Shown: positions 29,520-38,441 of the stretch, piece by piece
How the letters are laid out: each line of letters opens with the position of its first letter
Position numbering within the stretch: position 1 is the first letter of the stretch
From: Polyangiales bacterium
GTDB lineage: Bacteria > Myxococcota_A > Polyangia > Polyangiales > Polyangiaceae
Direction of reading: 5' to 3'
Length of the DNA stretch: 64,000 nt
NCBI GenBank assembly: GCA_038231275.1
Contig: JBBRLQ010000038.1
Span: 1 to 64,000, forward strand
Notes under the pieces: generated by a model
Databases searched by the model: none
Told to the model about the DNA's origin: nothing
Seen by the model: the letters and a program-made list of their open reading frames with translations, nothing else
Program-made: the position numbers and the translations under genes

Positions 29520-30767
29520 TCACCGCTTGCCGACACGGCGCGCGGCATCCACCACGCCCTGCTCGAACGACGTCACGGTGACCTCGAGCGCCTCGAGCGG
29601 CGTCGGCCTCCTCGTGAGCGACGCCTCGGCCTCGCGCGCGAGCTGCTCGAGCTCTGGATCGCGCGGAAGTCCACGCGCCTGGAGCGCCTTCAGTTGGGCC
29701 ACGCGCGCAGAGAGGCGGCCGCGCAGCTCGTCCTTCTTGGCGCCGAGCCGCTCGGCCTCGGCGAGGACGGCGCGATCGGTCGCGAGGTACTGCGCGCACG
29801 CTTGCTCCCAGCGCGTGAGCCCCACGGCGGCGCTCGGCCAGCGGTGCGCGGCCGCCGTCTGCTCCAGCTTCTCGCGCCACGAGTCGAGGCCGTCGATGAG
29901 ATCGCCGGAGACCAGCTCGGGGAGACGCGCGCCCGCGAACTCGCCGAGGACCGCGGCGCGAACCGCGCGCGCCCGCACATGCGTCTCGCCGAGCTCGCGC
30001 CGGAGGGCCGCCGCCGTGGCGAGCGACGCCGTAACGCGATCCTTTTGCCCCGCGAGCGCCGTGAGCGCGCTCCTGAGCGCGGCGATTCTGCGCGTGAGCG
30101 TCCCTTCGATGCTGCCGGTCGCGCCGAGCGGATCGCGCGCGATCAGGGCGCGCGCGGCCTCGAGTGCACTGGTCACGGCAGCGATCTCTCGCTCCGCCTC
30201 CTTCGCCTCCCCGACGCTCTCCGCCAGCGGGCGCAGCGCCGCGAGCTCGCCTTCCATCCTCTCGAGCGCCGGCTCCAGCGTGGCCCAGGCCCGCTGGACG
30301 GCGAGCACCGCGTCGCGCGCCAGCTCGAACGCCTGCTGCATGGCGCGCAGCAGCTGCTCCGGCGAAACAAGCACCTCTTGCGCCCCGAGATCCAGCAGGC
30401 TCCGCTCCGCGAGGGGCTTCTGCGTCGCGCCCATGTGGATCGACGGCCCGTCGAGGAGCTCGCGGATCTGGCGCAGCTTCTCGTCGTTCCCGAAAAATCC
30501 CAACGTGGAGATCGACGCGCGCAGCCCCTTCGCGCGGACGAACACTTCCTCGAGTCGCTGGCGGGCCTCGAAGAGATCCGCCAGGGCGTCGAGCGCCGGC
30601 GACACGCGCTGGTGGCTGATCCCGTCGAGCGGCGCGCGCTTTCCCGCCGTCCCCGCGAGCATCTGGTAGGTCGGCTCCCCCTCCAGCGCGAGGAGGCTGT
30701 CGTCGACGCGCTTCAGCCACTCGCTCCACGCGGCGAGGCGGGCGTCCACCTCGAGGGCCGTGCTCAC
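29520..30767 (-). CDS. All-helical/coiled-coil hypothetical protein, last gene of the PknG cluster
   Basis: GTG start overlaps the upstream TGA; A/E/L/R-rich helical sequence. Confidence 0.75.
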   Translation of the reverse strand: MSTALEVDARLAAWSEWLKRVDDSLLALEGEPTYQMLAGTAGKRAPLDGISHQRVSPALDALADLFEARQRLEEVFVRAKGLRASISTLGFFGNDEKLRQIRELLDGPSIHMGATQKPLAERSLLDLGAQEVLVSPEQLLRAMQQAFELARDAVLAVQRAWATLEPALERMEGELAALRPLAESVGEAKEAEREIAAVTSALEAARALIARDPLGATGSIEGTLTRRIAALRSALTALAGQKDRVTASLATAAALRRELGETHVRARAVRAAVLGEFAGARLPELVSGDLIDGLDSWREKLEQTAAAHRWPSAAVGLTRWEQACAQYLATDRAVLAEAERLGAKKDELRGRLSARVAQLKALQARGLPRDPELEQLAREAEASLTRRPTPLEALEVTVTSFEQGVVDAARRVGKR

Positions 30768-32113
30768 GCGTCGTACTCCTTGAGGCGCGCGCGTAGGCCG
30801 AGCCACGTGAGCAGGGCGATGAGGATCGCGAACGCCGGGTCCATCAGCTCGGCGCGCCGCAGCATCCCGTCGCCGTCCTCGATCACGCGATCGAACTCGG
30901 TCCGGTTGATGTGCACGACCCCGGCGAGCGCCTGATCGAACCGATCGAAGGCGGCGTTCGACTCGTGCTGCCCGGAGCCGATGCACAGCTGCACGGCCTG
31001 GTCGTGCTTCCCCGACTGCTCGAGCTTGCGGATCCGCTGGTCGATGTTCCAATAGCCCCGAAACGCGCGCGTCATCTCCAGCGCGGCGGCCCGCTCGCCG
31101 GGGACCGTGACGTTGTGAAGCTCGTCGGCGAAGAGGCCGCGATCAGGCGTCTCCTTCTCCGGCGTCGAGGTGAGGTCGGTCACGCGGCCTACGAACGACG
31201 CCTCGTGGAATGGCGCGTTGGTTCGATCCAGCAGGTACCGGCTCTCGTCGCCGTTGGCGTCGTAGGCGATCGCGCGAGCGCGCCACAAGAGGTGGATTGA
31301 CTCGAACGCGTCTTCCTTGGCGACCTTCAGGTCCTGTCGCGCGGCGCCGAAGCCGTGCACGAGATCGGCGGTGAAGCCGATGGCGAGGAGCGTGGCGATG
31401 AGGATCGGCGGGTTGATGATGCGCCGCGTGCGGCGGAGCAAGAAGAGCTGCAGCGCGACGAGCACGGCGGCGAGCCCTCCGCCCACGACGACGGCGATAC
31501 CCTCGGCGCCCGAGCTCGCGCGCTTCTGGTCGGAGTAGACGTCGTCCATGTACGTGCGGTTCGCGGAGTCGAGCTGGAGCGCCGCGTTCAGGATCTTCGC
31601 GTGCATCAGCGACGTGGCCGCGCGGTAGGTCTCGATCGCGCCGCGCAGATCGCCGGTGTCGTAGCGGTAGCGGGCCTCGGCGAAGATCTCGAGGTAGCGC
31701 CCGAGCTCCTGGATCATCGTCAAAATGGGCTGTTTTTCCGCGTCGCCGTACGTGATGTTCTGCGCGGCGTCGACGAGTCGCGTCGTGGCCTGGACACGCC
31801 TTTTCTCGAACGACGCCATCGCCTCGGCGCGGTGCTGGGCGTTTCCGATGAGGTAGTTGGCCGCGTTGGAGTCGAGATCGGCGAGGGACGAGTTGATCTC
31901 CTGGGCGGCGATGATCGACGGCGCGCTGTCCCTGCCGATCGTCTTCATCGCGGCGCGGGCGCGGCCGAGGGTGCCTTCTCCGGCGATGAAGAGGAGGGCC
32001 GCGAGCGCCCACACCACGATCTGGTACGCGCGCATCCGTCGCGGCGTGGACCATGCGCCGTCAGGGAGGCCGGTCTTCGCGCCGGCGACCGCGGAGGTGG
32101 ACGTCGTCGTCAC
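30764..32113 (-). CDS. GlnX-like membrane protein (4 TM, two extracytoplasmic helical bundles)
   Basis: STPRRM-TM...APSIIAAQEINSSLADLDSNAANYL...TM-RRTRRIINP-TM...LGLRARLKEY. Layout and terminal motifs resemble actinobacterial GlnX as I recall them. Confidence 0.75.
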   Translation of the reverse strand: MTTTSTSAVAGAKTGLPDGAWSTPRRMRAYQIVVWALAALLFIAGEGTLGRARAAMKTIGRDSAPSIIAAQEINSSLADLDSNAANYLIGNAQHRAEAMASFEKRRVQATTRLVDAAQNITYGDAEKQPILTMIQELGRYLEIFAEARYRYDTGDLRGAIETYRAATSLMHAKILNAALQLDSANRTYMDDVYSDQKRASSGAEGIAVVVGGGLAAVLVALQLFLLRRTRRIINPPILIATLLAIGFTADLVHGFGAARQDLKVAKEDAFESIHLLWRARAIAYDANGDESRYLLDRTNAPFHEASFVGRVTDLTSTPEKETPDRGLFADELHNVTVPGERAAALEMTRAFRGYWNIDQRIRKLEQSGKHDQAVQLCIGSGQHESNAAFDRFDQALAGVVHINRTEFDRVIEDGDGMLRRAELMDPAFAILIALLTWLGLRARLKEYDA

Positions 32114-32826
32114 GGGCGCGCCCTCACGAGGATGCGCGTCCACCTTCCGACGCACACTTCGTCGCCGGCGACGAGCGGAGTGCGCGAGCCGGAGGGGACC
32201 TCGAGCCCGTTCACCTTGGTGCCGTTCGTCGACGCCAGATCGAGCAGGACGAGGGTGCCATCGGCGGCGAGGACGAACTTCGCATGGCGACGCGACGTGC
32301 CGGGATCTTGGACCGGGAGCTCGGGGTGAATGTCGCGCCGCTCGTCGCGCCGGCCGACGAGGAGCTCGGCGCGATCGACGGGCACCACCACCGCGGGCAC
32401 GTCCTTCGGACACGGCGACTCCGGATCGGGCTCGGTGTCGAGCGCCGGATCGATCGAGACGACGAGCTCGAAGTGAATGGCGGCGGCCTGCGCAGAGGCC
32501 GCCGCCGATGCAGCGACAGGAACAGGCGGTGCGGGCGCCGAAGTCGCGCCTCCCGCGGGAGGCGGCCCTGGACGACCCGCGACGAAATCGAAGCGGCACA
32601 CCTCGCAGAAGCGCGCGTCGGGCTCCGCGCGCGGCTCGGCGCACTCTGGGCAGGTGTTGGGCAAGCCCTTGCGAACGGAGGCAGGCAGCGGCGTGATGCG
32701 CTCGGCGAGCTGCGGCGACCCGGCAGCCTTCCCGGCGGCGGGCGCGCCCATCGCGACGCCGCATACCGAGCAGTAATCGGGCTCGTCGGAGGCGTGCCCA
32801 GCGCGGCAGACCAAGCCGCCGCTCAT
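32110..32826 (-). CDS. Double zinc-ribbon plus FHA domain protein
   Basis: CRAGH..CSVC, CPEC..CEVC; FHA motifs VGR, SRRHA, DLASTNGT; overlapping start/stop on both sides. Confidence 0.9.
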   Translation of the reverse strand: MSGGLVCRAGHASDEPDYCSVCGVAMGAPAAGKAAGSPQLAERITPLPASVRKGLPNTCPECAEPRAEPDARFCEVCRFDFVAGRPGPPPAGGATSAPAPPVPVAASAAASAQAAAIHFELVVSIDPALDTEPDPESPCPKDVPAVVVPVDRAELLVGRRDERRDIHPELPVQDPGTSRRHAKFVLAADGTLVLLDLASTNGTKVNGLEVPSGSRTPLVAGDEVCVGRWTRILVRARP

Positions 32827-34109
32827 TTCTTGTGCACGCGCTTGGTGGTCCGCGACTCCAGCTCCAGATCCATCGTGGCCGCCTTGGCCGCGTCCTTCTT
32901 CAGCCGCACCGTGCCTGCCGCAGCGTCGACGACGTCGACCACCTTCTTCAAGCGCTGCGTCATCTCGGTGTTGCCCGAGGCGTGCGCGATCTTCACCGCC
33001 TTGCCGAGGAGCTGCGTCGCGTGCCCTTCGTCGCCGCGCGCGCGAAGCTCGAGCCCTTGCTGAATGGCCTCCGCGAGCTCCCCTTGCCCGGTGTAGTGCG
33101 CGACGTGGTGATCGATGCGCGACGAGAGCGAGTCGTCGGCGGTCCACGACGCGAAGAGGCGCGCCTCCGCCGACTTGTCCTCTTGCTCGACCCAGCCGCT
33201 GCCGCCCCACTGGAGGTAGGCGATCGACGGACGACCCGAGAGCATCTCCTCCCCCTCGTGGCCTTGCTTCACGTCGATCGCGACATGAAAATCGCGCGAC
33301 TCGCCGGCGCCCCACGCGCCTGTGTTGTACTCGCGGATCTGCGCGGACACGGTGCGTGCCTTGTTCGTCATCTCGTCGATCGTCGGATTCACCTGCTTCA
33401 CGAAGACGACAGAAGCCCCCTGCGGCGTCCACAAGCGGAGGCGCACGTCCTTCAGCGATTTGCTGCTCGCCTGGTGCATCGCCGCCTGGAACGCCGCCTC
33501 GATGCCGTGCGGCTCGGGGATGAGCGACGCTTTGCCGAGCAGAGCGCTCGAGATCTCCTGCACCTCGCCGACGCGCCAATCGGTGCCGACGCCCCAGCAG
33601 TCGCACTCGAAGATGCCCTCGCACTTGCCGAGGATGGCCTTCACGTGGCCAGGCTCCTCCGACTCGTTCTTGCCGTCGGTGAGGAAGATGGCCTCGCGGA
33701 TCGCGTCGGGCGCGCGGTTCATGATGGCGAGCGCGGCGGCGAGGCCGGTCGACATCGCGGTGCCTCCGCCGGCGCTGAGCGCATGGATGGCTTGCGCGGC
33801 GGATTGCTTGCTGGCGGCGGAGGCCTTGGTTTCGCGGACCAGCACCTGCGCGGTGGAGTCGAAGACGACGACGAAGAACCAGGTTCGCTCGTCGAGCATC
33901 GAGATCGCTTGGGTGACCGCGCGCTTCACCCCCTCGATGCGGTCGCCGGCCATCGAACCCGATTTGTCGATGATGAAGCCGACGACGAGCTGGCTCGAAA
34001 GCGACGACGCGCCGACGCCGTCTCCCGCGGTCACCGACACGATGGCGTCGACGCGGTTCTGTCCGGGCGGCAAAAAGCGGTTCTGGAACGCCTCGATCTT
34101 GAAGGCCAT
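32823..34109 (-). CDS. von Willebrand factor A domain protein
   Basis: MIDAS DKSGS, GGTAM, FLTDG. Confidence 0.92.
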   Translation of the reverse strand: MAFKIEAFQNRFLPPGQNRVDAIVSVTAGDGVGASSLSSQLVVGFIIDKSGSMAGDRIEGVKRAVTQAISMLDERTWFFVVVFDSTAQVLVRETKASAASKQSAAQAIHALSAGGGTAMSTGLAAALAIMNRAPDAIREAIFLTDGKNESEEPGHVKAILGKCEGIFECDCWGVGTDWRVGEVQEISSALLGKASLIPEPHGIEAAFQAAMHQASSKSLKDVRLRLWTPQGASVVFVKQVNPTIDEMTNKARTVSAQIREYNTGAWGAGESRDFHVAIDVKQGHEGEEMLSGRPSIAYLQWGGSGWVEQEDKSAEARLFASWTADDSLSSRIDHHVAHYTGQGELAEAIQQGLELRARGDEGHATQLLGKAVKIAHASGNTEMTQRLKKVVDVVDAAAGTVRLKKDAAKAATMDLELESRTTKRVHKK

Positions 34110-34130
34110 GGCCCCTACTCTACGCTCGGT

Positions 34131-35828
34131 CTAGCGACTTTCCGAGTGTCGGTAGACAGCGACGGAGACGTTGTCGCCCCCTCCACGATAAAGCGCGTTC
34201 GCGACGAGGCGCCGCGCGATGGCGACGCAGCCGGCGTCTTGCCCCGCGGAGGCGACCAGATCGGCGATCGTGCGCGCGTCCGGGAAATAGTTCCAGAGGC
34301 CGTCGGTGCAGAGGAGCACGTGGCCGGCACCGGGGAGATCGCGGGCGCGCACGTCCGGCTGCACGGTGGCGAACTGCTCGTCGGTGTCCCCGCCCTCGAG
34401 GGGACCGAGGCAGCGCGTGAGGGCGTGCGCGAGGGGCTGCTGCATCGCGGCCTCCTCGCTCATCTCGCCGCGCGCGACGATCTCTTGCGCCCACGAGTGG
34501 TCGCGCGTCAGGAGCTCGCTGCCGTTTTTTCCGATCCAGTACGCGCGGCTGTCGCCCACCCAGCCGACGGTGAGGCGACGACGGTACACGAGGCCGGCGA
34601 CGATCGTGGTGCCCGGCGGCTCCTTGGTGCCGTGCTCGATCTGCGCGGAGCAGACGGCGAGGTGCGCGGCGCGGATCGCCGCGTGCATCGCGCTCGTCGC
34701 GGCTTCGTGCGCGATGTCACCGGACCGGGCAAAATGGGCGAGCGCGTCGCAGGCGGTCTTCGAGGCGAGGCCCGACGCCTGCTCCGCGTGCGTCGAGCAC
34801 GAGACGCCATCGCACACGACGAGGACCGTCCACGGCTCGCCTTTGGTCTCGCCGCTCGCGACGGCGACCGCGTCCTCGTTGTGATCGCGCTTCAGTCCGC
34901 CGTCACACAACGACGCGATGTGAAGCGGTCCCGCCGGGGCGCGCGTCAGCTCGTCCTCGACGGCGTCGAGGGCCGCGCGGATGACGTCGGCGTCGCGGAG
35001 CTCGTGCGGCGCGTCGAGACCGGGGCCCGCGAAGAGACGGAACAGCGCCGGTGTGCCTCCGAGCGCGGGCGCCGGGAGGAGCGACCGACCAAACGCCGCG
35101 ATCGGGCAGCACGCATCGGCGCGACCGCCGTCGAGACGCGCCGCGCGAACGCGCGAGAGCGCGAGGCGACCGCTCGCGAGATGAAAATCCGTCTGGCGCG
35201 GCGTCCACCGCAGGCCCGCGCGCTCGAGCGAGATCGTCAGCGCGAGCACCTCACGCGCGAGGCCGAGCCCCGCGGCCATCGTAAGCTCGGGCGCGGCGTC
35301 GGCGAGCACGATTGCGCCGGGCGGCGTCGCGGAAAGGATGAGGTAAGCCCCCCTGCGCGCGTCCTCGCCGGTGTCGAGGAGCTTGGGCGCGGCGGGGTGC
35401 CCGGCGAGCGCACGCGTCGCTTCCGCCTCGTCGGCGAGGATCGCCGCGTCGCAGACCGCGAGGATCACTTCGTCGCCGTTCGTCGCGGTCGCCGTCACGT
35501 CGTCGGACGCGCGCGCGCCGGTCACGACGCAGCCGCCGACCGTCGCGCCGGGCGGGAGGATCGAGATCGTCATCCGTGAATCGAGCCGGTTGCCGCACGC
35601 GTTGCAGTACCCTTCGCCGTCGTCCGTGTTCGGCCGGTTGCACGACGCGCAGAGGGACGTGGGCGCCATGGTCGGCGCGTCCCGTACCATCTCGGAGAGA
35701 TCGGGCGCGCTCATCGCCGCGGGGCTCACGGATACCCGCGACTCGCTCTCCACGAGGCGGCCGCCATCGAGCTCGCAGAACACGTCGTCCTCCCCGTACG
35801 GAGCGTCGCAAGTGGGGCAGCGCTTCAC
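34131..35828 (-). CDS. PP2C/PPM phosphatase with N-terminal zinc ribbons and a degenerate kinase-like region
   Basis: CPTC..CELD, CASC..CNAC; RDHNEDA, VCDGVS, WVGDSRAY, TRDHS, LCTDGLW, GGGDNVS. Alternative ATG at 35837. Confidence 0.88.
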   Translation of the reverse strand: MKRCPTCDAPYGEDDVFCELDGGRLVESESRVSVSPAAMSAPDLSEMVRDAPTMAPTSLCASCNRPNTDDGEGYCNACGNRLDSRMTISILPPGATVGGCVVTGARASDDVTATATNGDEVILAVCDAAILADEAEATRALAGHPAAPKLLDTGEDARRGAYLILSATPPGAIVLADAAPELTMAAGLGLAREVLALTISLERAGLRWTPRQTDFHLASGRLALSRVRAARLDGGRADACCPIAAFGRSLLPAPALGGTPALFRLFAGPGLDAPHELRDADVIRAALDAVEDELTRAPAGPLHIASLCDGGLKRDHNEDAVAVASGETKGEPWTVLVVCDGVSCSTHAEQASGLASKTACDALAHFARSGDIAHEAATSAMHAAIRAAHLAVCSAQIEHGTKEPPGTTIVAGLVYRRRLTVGWVGDSRAYWIGKNGSELLTRDHSWAQEIVARGEMSEEAAMQQPLAHALTRCLGPLEGGDTDEQFATVQPDVRARDLPGAGHVLLCTDGLWNYFPDARTIADLVASAGQDAGCVAIARRLVANALYRGGGDNVSVAVYRHSESR

Positions 35829-35900
35829 TACCCTCATGGTACCCCAGAGCGCTGCGCCCATGTGTTCGCGTCGCGACGGGGGTGGATCTACGATGACCCA

Positions 35901-36185
35901 ATGGCCGGCGAGCTTCAGCACGTGGATGACGACGGCCCCGCGCGGTGCAGCTTCTGCCCTCGCGAGGCCGCCGGGCCGTGCGCGTCGTGCGCGAGGCCGG
36001 TCTGCGGCGACTGCTGCACGTTGACCGAAGGCGGCGTGCGCGTATGGGCGGTGTGTTTGGAGTGCGACCGCAAGAAGGGACGCTCGCTCGCCGGCGCCTG
36101 GAGCGGCCTCCTCGTCTGGCTCGTCGGAATCCTCGTCGTCCTTGGCGCGGCGACGGCGCTCATGGGCTGGCTCGCCGGCCGCTGA
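35901..36185 (+). CDS. Small B-box-like zinc-finger protein with a C-terminal TM anchor
   Basis: CSFC..CASC..CGDC..CLEC, then a hydrophobic helix; TACGAT 6 nt before ATG. Confidence 0.75.
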   Translation: MAGELQHVDDDGPARCSFCPREAAGPCASCARPVCGDCCTLTEGGVRVWAVCLECDRKKGRSLAGAWSGLLVWLVGILVVLGAATALMGWLAGR

Positions 36186-36192
36186 GCATTTT

Positions 36193-36216
36193 TCCTAGAC
36201 GACCTCCTAGACGACC
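36193..36216. repeat. 12-bp tandem duplication covering the stop codon of the PknG-like gene
   Basis: TCCTAGACGACC at 36193-36204 and 36205-36216. Confidence 0.85.
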
Positions 36217-38417
36217 GTGAGCGGCCTGACCTCGTTCGCGCGATCGACGAACGCGTGGCGCTCTCCGTCAGTCCCCGCGATGCGCGCGCACGTGCGGTAC
36301 TCGTGCTCGGCGGCGAGCTGGAGATCGGCGCGCACGAACGGCACTTTGAGGAGCGCGACGTTGGTGAGGCCCGCCGTCGCGCCCAGGTTCTTGGCGCCTG
36401 CTGCGAGGAGGTCTGCGCGCAGGACGTGGAGATCGAGACCGTCGGTGAGGCCCTCGAGCGACTCGATCGCGAGGCTCGCCTGCACCATCTCGTCGACCGT
36501 CGGCTCCGCGCTCTTCGGGTGGAGCAGCAGGCGCGCGAGCGCCATTTGCGCGTGCGGGTAGCGGCTCGAGGTCGGGGGCACGCGACGGTACGCGGCGGCG
36601 GCGCCCGCGCGATCGCTGGTCTGCTCGAGGCAGCGCGCGAGGCCCAGCGCGGCGCTCACGAACGACGAGTCGGCGCGCGAGACGGCGTCGTAGTACGTGA
36701 TCGCGTCGGAGAACTTGCCGGCCTGCTCGTACGTGCGCGCGAGCGCCTGCCGCGGCGCGAGCTCGCCGGGGAGCTCGTCCAGGATCCCTTGGAACGCCGC
36801 GAGCGTCTCTTGCACCTTTCCCTGCGCGAGCAGCGCGCGTCCGCGGTACCACGCGACGCGCCAGTCGGTGGGGTTCGCCTTCTGCACCTCGGCCAGGAGC
36901 GCCTCGCCGTGCGCGAATTTCCCCAGCGTGACGAGCTCGTCGACGAGGCGCAGCTTCAGCTCGAACGAGTCCGGGTGCTGCTTGAGCGCGCGCTCGAACA
37001 TGAGGCGCCGCCGCTCCGGATCGCCCACTGCCCCCGCCGCGAGGATGACATTCGCCGCCGCGTCCGCCTTGTCGACCTTGAGGTGCGGCACACCGTCGAC
37101 GCGGTTCTGCCTCGCCGAGTCCGACGTCAAGCGATCGCTGTCGGGCTCGAAGAGGGAGCTCTCGACGCGCCCGAGATCGCTGGTCTCACCGAGGATCGTG
37201 TAGAGGACGCCGACGAGCTGCTCGGCCATCTCCCCGGCGTTCTGGAAACGCTCCTCCGCCTTCGGCCTGGTGGCCTTCAAGAGGAAACGGTAGAGCGCTT
37301 CGTTCTGCTTCCAGACGTCGCACTCCTCGGGAGGCGGGAGAGACGTCTCGTACTTTCCCTGAAAATCGAAATTGGCGACGAGCACCGCGAGCGCGCGGCC
37401 GGCGCTGTAGAGATCGCTCACGGGCGTCGGCGCGTCGTGGGCCTCGGGCGCGGTGTAGCCCTTGCTCCCGTAGATGTCGCCGCCCTGTGCGTCGACGGGC
37501 CGCACGGCGCCGAGATCGATCAGCTTGACCGTCTCCTCCTCGACCATGACGTTCTCGGGCTTGAAATCGCAATACACGAGGCCCATGTCGTCGAGGTAGC
37601 CGAGGGCCGGGAGGATCTCCGCGATGTAGGAGATCGCCTCGGCCACCGGGAGTGGTCCGCCGCGCTCCTTGCGGAGGGTCATCAGCGTCTTGCCGTTGAC
37701 GCACTCCATCGCGATGAAGCCCTCTTCGCCGCGCGTGACGAAGTCGTAGATGCCGACGATGTTCGGGTGCTTCACCGCCGCGAGGAACTCGCGCTCCTGC
37801 ACCGCGACCTCGAGCATCCGCGGATCCTTCGAGTTGAGGAGTCCCTTGAGGATGACCCATCGGTTGAGGACGGTGTCGAGCGCGAGGTAGATCCAGCCGA
37901 GGCCGCCGAACGCGATCGTCCCCTTGATCTCGTATTTTTCGGAGACGAGGTCGCCGGGATCGAGCGTCGGTTTGAACGAGTACTCCTGGCCGCACTTCGG
38001 GCAGAAGCCGTTCTCCCGTTTGAGCTGAGCGTCGCATCCCGAGCAGAAGCGCTTTCGCTCCGGGACGACGCCGGGGACGATCGACGCCATCGGATCGAGC
38101 GGGGGGAGCGGAGGACGCGCCAGCGGTCGGGAGCCGACCGCGCGCGTGCCGGTGCGTCCAGAGCGCGTGGAGCCCGAGCGCGTCGAGCGCGTGCTGCGCG
38201 CGCTTCGTCCGCTGCGCGTCGACGGCGTGCGGCCCGAGCCGGTGCGACCAGAGCCGGGCGTCGTGCGACCGCTCGGCGACGGGGCAGGCGTGGCCGGCAT
38301 CGGCGCGGTGTGCGGCGAGGTCTTGCCCGCGGCGGCCCCGGCGGGCGCCATTCCGCACGCGTCGCAGTAGCCGTCCTCGATCGTTCCCTTGCAACCGGGC
38401 TTTGCACAGCTCGCCAT
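36207..38417 (-). CDS. pknG: PknG-like Ser/Thr kinase (rubredoxin-like, kinase, TPR)
   Basis: PERKRFCSGC..GFCPKCGQEYSF, GGLGWIYLA, VILKGLL, LVYCDFKPEN, KLIDLGAV, PGELAP, C-terminal ANEVRP. No TM segment. Confidence 0.88.
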   Translation of the reverse strand: MASCAKPGCKGTIEDGYCDACGMAPAGAAAGKTSPHTAPMPATPAPSPSGRTTPGSGRTGSGRTPSTRSGRSARSTRSTRSGSTRSGRTGTRAVGSRPLARPPLPPLDPMASIVPGVVPERKRFCSGCDAQLKRENGFCPKCGQEYSFKPTLDPGDLVSEKYEIKGTIAFGGLGWIYLALDTVLNRWVILKGLLNSKDPRMLEVAVQEREFLAAVKHPNIVGIYDFVTRGEEGFIAMECVNGKTLMTLRKERGGPLPVAEAISYIAEILPALGYLDDMGLVYCDFKPENVMVEEETVKLIDLGAVRPVDAQGGDIYGSKGYTAPEAHDAPTPVSDLYSAGRALAVLVANFDFQGKYETSLPPPEECDVWKQNEALYRFLLKATRPKAEERFQNAGEMAEQLVGVLYTILGETSDLGRVESSLFEPDSDRLTSDSARQNRVDGVPHLKVDKADAAANVILAAGAVGDPERRRLMFERALKQHPDSFELKLRLVDELVTLGKFAHGEALLAEVQKANPTDWRVAWYRGRALLAQGKVQETLAAFQGILDELPGELAPRQALARTYEQAGKFSDAITYYDAVSRADSSFVSAALGLARCLEQTSDRAGAAAAYRRVPPTSSRYPHAQMALARLLLHPKSAEPTVDEMVQASLAIESLEGLTDGLDLHVLRADLLAAGAKNLGATAGLTNVALLKVPFVRADLQLAAEHEYRTCARIAGTDGERHAFVDRANEVRPLTVV

Positions 38418-38441
38418 TTGAATCCCCGAGCCTAGCAAAGA

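Noticed and set aside
32110..32826. Calling the FHA gene garA/odhI
   Set aside because: It lacks the ETTS motif and has zinc ribbons that GarA does not.
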